Made by a program: the position numbers and the translations under genes. A DNA stretch of 64,000 bases, from positions 1,426,001-1,490,000 of the forward strand of contig CM038999.1 in NCBI GenBank assembly GCA_017499595.2. The letters are read 5' to 3'. The DNA comes from Psilocybe cubensis (Eukaryota). Each line of letters starts with the position of its first letter. Position 1 is the stretch's first letter. The notes beneath the pieces were generated by a model, which worked only from the letters and a program-made list of their open reading frames with translations, was not told where the DNA came from and made no database searches. This document shows, piece after piece, positions 54,901-64,000 of the stretch.

Positions 54901-55330
54901 CAAGCCAATGCAGACACCTAACAGCAAACGTTTATCCCATGGTGAGAAGCTTTTCCCGTTCGTAAGGCCGCGCGAGCGCTCACCGATAATGCTGAGGACA
55001 AACCAGCTCTGACCAGCAGTCATGATCTTCCGGGCCTGCGCCCATATCTGGGTCAATGCGCCTAAGCCTCCTCGACTTCGCCGCGGCAATAGTGAGTGTC
55101 GTGCATATCGTAACCGTCGTTTGCGTTCCAGAACAGAGTCCTGTATCCAGTCTGCATATGCATTAGTATGCAATTACCCGCGCCTAGCAAAGGAGTTGTA
55201 CCTATTGTCGTGAAATCCTCGTAGCGCCTGAGTTGAGATTCAATCAGCTTATGGAAGATGCAGGCGAGCCTTTGGGTAGCATTTACCTGATCTCTTCAAG
55301 CTCTTCGTCTTCAAGTTCGTCGGGATCCAT
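51947..55330 (-). CDS. CLC-family Cl-/H+ antiporter (Gef1-like) with C-terminal CBS domains
   Basis: [69 protein letters not shown]-type GFPIVS and [10 protein letters not shown]. Confidence 0.95.
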
Positions 55331-55793
55331 ACCCTACTGAGTATGTTCGTGAACGGTAAGTCTGGTAGTCACCAAATCAAGCGCGTTTCCTGCGGCATTG
55401 CCGAAGAGGGTGAGAAAGCTGAACGCATTTGGGTCATGTTCTAAATTAAATCCTGAACGACGTGATCATCATGGTCATGAATTTGAAAGCCGAGAAAAAT
55501 ATTATATTTTTTAAAGTCAGAAGACGGGTATACAGAGCTCGTTACAGGGTGCCTCTATAACAACAACAAGAAAAGGGTATGGAAATTAGGCCAAATTCAC
55601 AACGTCCTAGATAACAAAAACAACAAGGAACAGCCAATACAGTCCCTGATTACGCATACGATAGAAGGGGTATACAAGGTATACACGAGGAAAAGTGTAG
55701 AATAGAAAATCCGGCCTTTCTAATCACATACGAAACATCCACACACATGTATACCAAGACGAAGTTTTTGTGGATAGTCTTCGAAAGAAAGTA

Positions 55794-57386
55794 TTAGAAA
55801 GAGTGGCCACCTGCTTGAGATGTGATTCTGCTCTCGAGGTTTCTAAGAGAAAGGTCAGACTGAATTTGTATAATTAAGAAAGTATGCAAACCTAAGGGCG
55901 GCCTCTTTTGCCAACAGTTCCTGCCTCTTTTCGTTGATCTCTCTTTGAACCCTCATCTCGATGTCGCGTAGCTGAAAAGCGTCTAAATAAGCATAAGCCA
56001 TAAAAAGATAACGACGTGACGCGCCTTCTCTTCCTCTCGGCGAAGCTGCTCCTCCTTGATCCTTACGCTCTGAGTAGCAAGTTCTGAAGGAAGAATTTGC
56101 GAATCGCGAATATTAGACTCTGGGCCTCTGGATAATTTCTCGGTGCGATATGTTTCATAAAGAATATCTTCGGTGATAGACTTCAAATCATTAAGGTGCG
56201 AACTGTAAATACCGTGTCAGGAGGTCTCTGAAGAAAGAGTAAAAGTCTCTTATTACCCCAACATGGCACCGCGAAGCCGGACGAAGTCGGAGTGATGAGG
56301 GTTATCGACTTCAACGATACCCCAAGGGTATGTTCGGACTCGAACAGGTTCGCCATCAATTTCAATTTCCTCTTCAGAACCGACAACGGCAAATGGTAAC
56401 AAGGCCTGGTAAAAAGCGAAATGAACCAAACAGTGGTGTGAGGCAGGAACACGCTTAAACCAACCCGTAATTCCATGTTATCGGCAATAGTTTCTTCGTC
56501 GTCTTCTTCCACATCGTAAGGGAAGTTATAAATTGGAATCTCGTAGTAATTGATGTCTTCCATGATCTTTGAGCAGATAATTTAGGCTTAAGTAGAAGAA
56601 TATTGAAGAAGTACAAACCCTTTTTTTGAATGCCTTAAGTTCCTTCGGTGTAAGGGAGTCGGCCTTCCCAATTACCGGGATAACATTAACACGGGGGGAC
56701 AACCGTCTCATCAACTCAATGTCCATTTCTCTCAGCCTTCAAAAGAGTGACTTAGGATTCGAAAGTAGTAAAATGTTCACAACTTACGCGTGACCAGTGG
56801 GAGGGATGAAGTACAGTAAAGCATGGACTCTGTTGTCCTGAAATTTAGGGTTGCGCCTGATTCGCGACTGTTCCGCAAGAATATCATCGTATTGACGTTC
56901 AAGATAGTTCATGATCTCTTGGAACCTGAAGGCAAGTTCATATCAGCGAGGAACAGGAGGTGGAAAGTTTGCAATGACGGACGCATGTTCATTGTCGATG
57001 TTGTCTCCGAAGCCAGGTGTATCCACGACAGTAAGAGCGATGCGGATACCATCTTCTTCCAGCTCTACACGTTGGTCAGGTCAAATCCCCAGAAGAGTCA
57101 ACTGTATTGGCGAGTACTAACCGACGTTGGCGGGCTTAATCTTGATACCAGACTCAAAATGAGCAGTCTCTGCAGGCTCTGGTTCTTTGTGCTGCAGAAC
57201 ATCTGTTTCACAGAGGGTGTTGACAAAAGTCGTCCTTCCGGTACCCGATGCGCCTAGAGAAATGAACGGAGATAACGAATTGTCGGAAGACTGACAAAGG
57301 ACCAGATTAAAACTCGGCGTACCAACAACCATTATGGTAAACTGTACGCCCTTGACCTTATTCCTTCGGCGTCCTGAGATGGGCAT
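55794..57386 (-). CDS. CDC11: Septin, Cdc11/Spn3 type
   Basis: [20 protein letters not shown] (Arg in the P-loop, as in Cdc11), [45 protein letters not shown]-terminal coiled coil. Confidence 0.88.
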
Positions 57387-58438
57387 GTTGAACAAGATTT
57401 CCGTTTAAATAAAAGGGGGATAAGTGGTGGTATCTGAGAGAAGACAAACAGCGACCTCCTGTATTTAAGAGTTGCCAATAGGCTTTAAGAGGCTGTTGTG
57501 AACCACCGCTGATGCGCTCGGACCTTTAACTTTAGTGGAACGTCTGATTTCAATACGCCCAAATAAGTAATTGTCGCGTCCTTCTCTTCCTTACTTTTGT
57601 CATACAGTGTACACGAAAGTTATTACCAGTACCCCATCGATACTACGCGTCCAATGCATATGCATACTGCATATCAAGTAAAAATTCTTCATGGTGTAAG
57701 ACTGCCCTTCTTCACAAGTGATCTGTGTCAACTTAGTGGCGGATGTATTGCGTAAAAGTAAGAGGAAGCAAAAGCGGTGATAATCAGTTCTGGAAGTAAG
57801 TCTATTCAGAGTAGCTCGCGTCTTTTAACTCTTCCAATGAGTCCAGTGCCCATTGCCCAGGTTTGTTGATGACATGACCTTTGAGGTGGTCGTTAGGAAT
57901 TTGTTGAAGAGTGTGATGAACTGTCTCTTATCACACACAGCCGCCTTCTCAGCTCTTCTTAGTTCATGATGATCTTCAAACATGTAGAATATCACAGTGA
58001 AGTAATGAATAATGAATAAATTCTCAGAAACCAGTGAAGGTTCGGCAAACACTTCGCCCCTTTTGAACGCTTTATATACACCGTTGACCGAACACGTAGG
58101 AGTTCAACACCGACAACTCTGAAGTCTTCGTACTTCCATATTTACTCACAGCTGACGCATTGGCAGGTGAGCTAAAAATATTTGGATTCCTGGAAGATAT
58201 TTATCGGGAGCAAACTTATTGCATCTGATTAAAGGTTTGTTTTTACTTGAGAAATTCTTCACGTAAACGGATTTCCATTTGACAATCGTTGATGTGCCAT
58301 CACAGGCATAAAACACTGCTTAGTTGTGACGGTGTTCTCGGCACACAACATTTCCTTCTAATCTCCTACTGACTTCAATCGTTCATTCCATCTTACCCTT
58401 GGTTTTTACCGCATTCCTTTCTAGACCAAACTTCCACT

Positions 58439-59973
58439 ATGAGTCACATCCAAGACGACCAACTATTCTCTTATTCTGAACGTGCTAAGGGTAAAGTTGT
58501 AGTTATCACAGGTATGCACCTGTACGCATCAAGTCTCTTTGAGTGCTTCTAATCCATTACTCTATAGGTGCAGCAAATGGCATCGGTAAAGAGACGGCCT
58601 TGCGCTTCGCGTCTTATGGGTTAGTGCTTCTTACTCAGGCCATTTACGCGAATTCTGCGACAATACGGCGCTAATCATTATAAATTCTACAGGGCCCGAG
58701 TAGTTATCGGAGACTTGGACCTTGTAGGTGCCAAAAACGTTGTTGCAGAGATAGAAAAAGCAGGGGGGTGCGCAATATTTATTCTTTTATTACCCCTAAC
58801 TCCTAACTCCTGACCTTATTCAACCGAGCAGACATGCGGCTTGTATCAAGTGCGACGTCACTAAATTCGAACAGCAAGTCGAATTATTTGAGTTGGCTAT
58901 CCATAACTTTGGATCGGTAGACATTGTGGTATGTTTCCAACCAATCCAATCTCTCTAACTTTTTTCTCTAATGAATTAAACATAAACCTACTACGTTATT
59001 TCTTAGATACCTAATGCAGGCGTCTCGGAAATGGGGTCTTTCCAGCAACTCCAGATGAAAGATGGAAAGCCTGTGAAACCTTCCATGCTCACAATGGAAG
59101 TGAATCTATATGGTGTTTTGTACTGTTCGTGTGATATTTCTAGTTTGAGGTTCTGCAAGTTCGTTCATCCAACCAACATTTTCTAGCTGCACATCTCGCC
59201 ATCCATTATCTTCTCCTCAATCAAAAAGAAGGCGATCTCAAGTCACTCATCTTCATCGGCTCAGTTGGTAAGTCAATTAACCAGTCAGAGACCATAATAG
59301 CTGACAGGCTTCAACATGTCATTTCTTTCCTACGTAAAAAGCGTCATGGCTGGGCATTCCTAGAGGTTCAATGTATACCGGATCCAAGCATGCAGTGCTG
59401 GGTGTCATGCGCTCTCTCTATCCCACATTGGAGATGAAAGGCATTCGCACTGGCTGCATTCACCCATTTTTCGCCGGTAAATGCAAAAATCACATTCTCA
59501 ACCTTGACGTAGGAATCTGATGGTGTGAATTAGATACTGCCATCGTCCCCACACCCGTGAAACTGGTCCTCGCAGGTATCCCTTTAACACCCGTTCCCCG
59601 TGTTGCAGGCGCTATCTTTTATGCTGCGACGAATCCGGAGCCTGCTACAAATGGTTCAGCCTGGTTGCTTCTGGACGACGGACCTTTGTTCATGGTTCCA
59701 AAGGAAGAATTCAAAATGGGAGTTTACAAAATGATTGATGATAGGGCCAATGCCGCAAGAGCGTAAGTCCCAATTTTTTTGCAGCATGCAACCATGTGCT
59801 ACGATGCTGATGTGTTGATGCATTTGCTCTTTCTCTGTATAAATAGTGCTTTGACTGGAATGCGTGCATGGGCACGGTTCTTCCGCGATGTTTGGCGTAT
59901 CACTGGCAGGTCCATCGTCTTTGCCGCGCTGTCAGCTGGTCTGGCGAAGGTGGCATGGGATTACTTTTTGTAG
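58439..59973 (+). CDS. Short-chain dehydrogenase/reductase (15-PGDH-like) with hydrophobic C-terminus
   Basis: VVVITG/AANGIG, CDVT, IPNAGV, VNLYG, MYTGSKH (YxxxK), HPFFA/DT; ends WDYFL*. Confidence 0.9.
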
Positions 59974-60170
59974 TTCGACCAAATTTTTATGGATGATATA
60001 GTTATTGGCCAGTCGTTACAATTAATAAAATATTGACATTAAAGAAAAAAATACAAGTGCAATGTTCGTGATCGCATAATAGTACAATATCGATATGAAT
60101 TGTCCAGCAAACGAAAACCCGTAGACAGCAAAGGTATATACATCCAACAGGGGTCTAGGTTTCCGCTCCG

Positions 60171-61307
60171 CTATGATGTACTTTTCACGTCTCTGAGAGG
60201 GAAACAATATAGATCAGAATGGAAGCGTAAACGATACTGGAAATTAAAAAATTCACCTGCGGCTGTTCTGTACCCGGATAAAAAGCCAATCGACGGCGGC
60301 TCTGATGCCTGTGCTACAATCACAATAAGCAGAGGTTAGCCAGCATGTTGAGTTGAAACAGATGGGAAAGAATCCATTAATGTGACGATGGATTATATCT
60401 CAACGCTAGAGAATGGATGGAAAGAACCAGCGAGAGATCCGAGGAATATTAGATCCCGATTTCTCTCCATTTGTGAGCAAGCAAAGCTAGAAAAGAACAT
60501 ACCCTTCTAGGGCCGACACGCCCATTACATCGAGACTGGCTATACGCTCTCTGCGCATAGCATCACTGCTATTGTGATCGGCCTCACCGTAGCGTGTGCG
60601 ACGAGCACTTTCCAGCTTGCGTTGATGCCAGTCTTCATAGTCGTGCCGAATTTCATCAACGGATAGGCTCTGTGGGGAATCCTGCTTGTTGGCCACGAGA
60701 AGGAGCGGAAGACCCAGAATCTGAGGATTAGACAATACGCTATCTGGTAGATTTATCACAATTAAATAAGTTGCAAGGTTATATTGGATTGCAATACCTA
60801 CCGAATACCTCCCAGCCCTCACTTAGACGTTCACGATCTTCTGCGTCGATTACATAGACGACGGCATGACAGTCACCATAGTATCGATGCCAGATATTGC
60901 GTATTCCACGCTGTCCACCCAAGTCCCAGAATTGTAGAATAGTAGAGGGCAGGACGATGGTTCCAGCTAGAACATAGGGTAGTGTGCCTCTATCACCGTC
61001 GAATGCAAAGCTAAACAATATACATACTGTTCTGGCCAACAGTGGGTCCAATTTTGTCAGGCGATAGTCCAGGAACTTCATTGTACAAGGTCTTTATTTT
61101 CTCTAGGAATGTCTGCAATGTCGCCTTTCGGTCTGAAATAGACATTAATTGGTTGAGAGGAACACACTGTTTTGCCTGCCCCGTCCAGGCCAATGATAAT
61201 CACAGAGAATTCTTCTTTCCTGTTCAAACATCAGTTATATTGTGGAACGAGACGACGGAATCTGACCTTGTGAGGTGTTCATGTAAACCCTTCAACAAAT
61301 GATACAT
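60171..61307 (-). CDS. ARL3: ARF-related GTPase Arl3/ARFRP1
   Basis: MYHLLKGLHEHLT/RKEEFSVIIIGLDGAGKT, PTVGQN, FWDLGGQ, NKQD, SALEG/TGIRAAVDWL. Stop is at 60171 if the last intron is spliced, 60253 if retained. Confidence 0.92.
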
Positions 61308-61410
61308 GTCCGAAATGTAGAAGTTAACGCGACTGATGGCGGCGGCTAAAGCAGTGACGCTGCGGCATCACGAGGAACCAAACAACCGCCCTCCTCTCTT
61401 CTGACCCACC

Positions 61411-62431
61411 ATGGGCTATTATTCCTCATATTACTCGTATGGATTGCCTACCTTCATAATCATTTTTATAGCACTCTATTTGCTATTCACAGGTCTTGTC
61501 GTTCGACTATATGCGTTGAAATGTGTTGCTGATCCAATTCCGTCATATGGTCATTCCCAACCTACTGCTGTATATATCATCTCTTCAACCCGAAACCAAT
61601 GGATTCTTTGAAACAACTTGACTACTAGGCTCTGGAGAAGCATTCAATGTCGGTCGTTTCCTCGAAGAATCTAGCCCATACGCATGGGCGACAACAGGCA
61701 TTGGCCTTTGCATTGGCATGAGTGTTCTTGGTGCCGGATGGTACGTTTCCGCTTTTTAGTGCGGCTTAGTGACAGTATATTGACATCATTTTGTTGCAAC
61801 TCAGGGGAATCTTTATTACAGGGTCATCACTACTGGGTGGAGGTGTACGAGCACCTCGAATTACAACCAAAAATCTGATCAGGCGCGTCATATTTTTCTT
61901 TGACCAAGTAACGTCGAACTAATGTGTCGTTGCTCTATTAGCATTATCTTCTGCGAAGTTGTCGCCATTTACGGAGTCGTACGTTACTACTTCCTGTATT
62001 ATCTACCACTGACTTATTTCTATAGATCATTGGTATTGTGTACTCTGCCAAATTGACGGCTATCCCATCCGAGCTGCTCTTCACTCCTGAAAATTACTTC
62101 ACTGGATTTGCCATTTTCTGGGGCGGTCTGACTGTTGGGGCTTGCAATATGTTATGCGGTATCTGCGTAGGCATCACTGGAGCGACGGCTGCCCTTGCAG
62201 ATGCAGCAGACCCTGATTTGTTCGTCAAAATTCTGATTGTGGAAGTCTTTGGCAGTATTTTGGGACTTTTCGGGCTAATTGGTGCGTCAAACTCTGTTGC
62301 CTTCACCTATCATATTGCTTAGTTTGTTGCTTCTAGTTGGCTTGATCATGGTGGGCTCAACAGGTGACTTCAAAGCTGCGCCTGGCGTCGCTGCGGCGGC
62401 GCAGGCTGTTGTCTCTCCATTTGTTCACTAG
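61411..62431 (+). CDS. VMA16: V-ATPase V0 proteolipid subunit c''
   Basis: [80 protein letters not shown]. Confidence 0.96.
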
Positions 62432-63778
62432 AAGGCACAAGAAGACTCATGGACATATATATACATAATTGCGCAAATTCTTGCGGAGTTCAATAATAAC
62501 GTGTGTGACAGAGAGCAAGCAAGATGCAGGACTTATGGCTCTTCCCTTGGTTATTCCATACGCAGATAAAGATGTTTGCAAGGCGATGATCACGAGCTTT
62601 TCAGAGGAGATCTTGCAGAAGTCCTTCAACTTGTTCGTAATGATGCTGAGCGCCCACCGAAGAGATAGAATCGAAGTTAACGGTAATCCAAAATATCTTC
62701 CAGTGCAAAACTCTTGGCCTTAGAAGATCGTCTCTTGAAGTAGATTTCATTTTGAGATAGACTAGTTTTCACGATGTTTCTTGAGTATAAAAGGCGTAAA
62801 ATGGAATTCTCCGAGTCGCACAGGGTCCGGGGGTCCACCAACGAATGGAAAAGAAGTTTGAGTAAGTCCTTTACACCTGGTTGATATAACTTCGCGGATA
62901 AATTTATCCCTGATAATACCAGAAAAAAATGAAGATTCTTATAGTGGCATGGTCAAAAAGAGTGCAAAACGCACTTTTAGGTTGAAGAAACAAGTATCGA
63001 ATTATTGGGTCACCTGACATGCTCAAAATACGCGTTTAGGGGCTTACACAGTTTGCTCGCCTCGTCGACTTTGCTTCTACTATCGAGGTTTTTTTGAATA
63101 TTCAAGATAATATGTTTTTAAACGCCAAATTACTCTGTTATATAAATTCCCTGGAGCTTTTGTTTGGGAGAACTCAAGTCATGAAACGACATCCAAGATG
63201 ATAAGATAATTATATTATCCTACTACTCCACCATGGAGAAATACTAAGCTTCTCAGGCGGCGACGACGTAACATAATAACCGTCTCCTAGATCGGAATAC
63301 TTTTTCTCTACTGCTGCATCTACACGTTCGTTTGACTACGCGTAGCTAGGATCAGCTTGGAATCACTGCCTCTGTTTAATCATGAAGCATCGGCACCTCG
63401 CAGCAGGACTCTGATTCACTGATTCCAATAATTGGCACAGGCGCAGTTGATCCGCATACAGAAAATATCCAGCAAAGGAGGAGGAGATAGTAACGACGGG
63501 CCGTACGTAGTCGCCTTGACATGACTACAGTACTGCGGCCAAGACATGCGTGGGAATATGCGCTCATCCTGGACCAGCCTCAGCGAGGCTGTAAACGTTG
63601 ACGCTAAACGGCCAATGCTGCTTCGTGAAGTATATCAACGCGTACGTAGACTCGATCTTCCCTCTTCTTTACAGATCTAGAATTCTTCATAGGTGGTCAG
63701 TCTATGTGAGTGCGTTGAATTTTGCTTTGTCCAAATGGCTCCTTCACACAAGTTGTTTCCTCAGAACTTATTGATGCC

Positions 63779-64000
63779 ATGGAGCAGTTGCATATGGAAC
63801 TTGACGTGTCTACAAACCATGTCTTATACGATACCTCCCCGATTGCACGGCTCCCAGATGAGCTACTCGAGCTGATATTTCTGCACAATACTTTCAAGGA
63901 GCTGAAAGAAGACAAAACTTCGCTCGTTCACGATCCTTACAGGACTACGATCACGACCCTTCTCGTGTGTAAACGATGGTACACCGTCGCACTTTCATAT
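63779..64000 (+). CDS. F-box protein, 5' end (truncated by window end)
   Basis: MEQLHMELDVSTNHVLYDTSPIARLPDELLELIFLH...TLLVCKRWYTVALSY gives the F-box consensus LPxEll..IF...VCKRW. It is absent from the ORF track because it runs off the window. Confidence 0.85.
   Translation, partial: MEQLHMELDVSTNHVLYDTSPIARLPDELLELIFLHNTFKELKEDKTSLVHDPYRTTITTLLVCKRWYTVALSY

Noticed and set aside
57225-57255. Septin P-loop with Arg in place of Lys
   Set aside because: A known feature of Cdc11-type septins.
57904-57979. SECIS-like hairpin
   Set aside because: Quartet register and apical AA do not fit, it is not in a 3'UTR, no in-frame UGA gene is adjacent, and Dikarya are not known to use selenocysteine.
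60440-60452. ATATTCCT (minus strand) resembling the snR30/U17 m1 motif
   Set aside because: It sits in a terminal loop, and the partner m2 motif (AAACCAU) and H box are absent.

Overview
Eukaryotic, gene-dense DNA with many short (about 45-65 nt) GT/GC-AG introns, most consistent with a mushroom-forming basidiomycete (Agaricomycetes; inferred from intron style and gene content). I reconstructed about 25 protein-coding genes by manually joining exons; CDS coordinates span start to stop codon including introns. In order: two tandem cytochrome P450s, an SDR, a kinase-like protein, RRP17, a FAM72-domain protein, hexa-ubiquitin, SET9, CCT6, an unknown Pro-rich protein, an amidohydrolase-fold protein, a coiled-coil/GxxxG protein, a class-3 lipase, a GT49-like protein, ATRIP/Rad26, UPF2, a CaMKK-like kinase, TSR1, a 66-aa microprotein, a CLC transporter, a Cdc11-type septin, a second SDR, ARL3/ARFRP1, VMA16 and the start of an F-box gene. 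I could not support any tRNA, rRNA, CRISPR array or intact transposon. Best leads: (1) a fungal FAM72 homologue whose three introns are all 3n and stop-free, so the unspliced RNA is one ORF; (2) three apparent pseudoenzymes (kinase, amidohydrolase, GT49); (3) a long two-hairpin intron in ARL3; (4) a symmetric P450 promoter cassette; (5) an orphan CGCG cluster and splice signals in a 4.5 kb gap. All family calls come from recalled motifs, not database searches.
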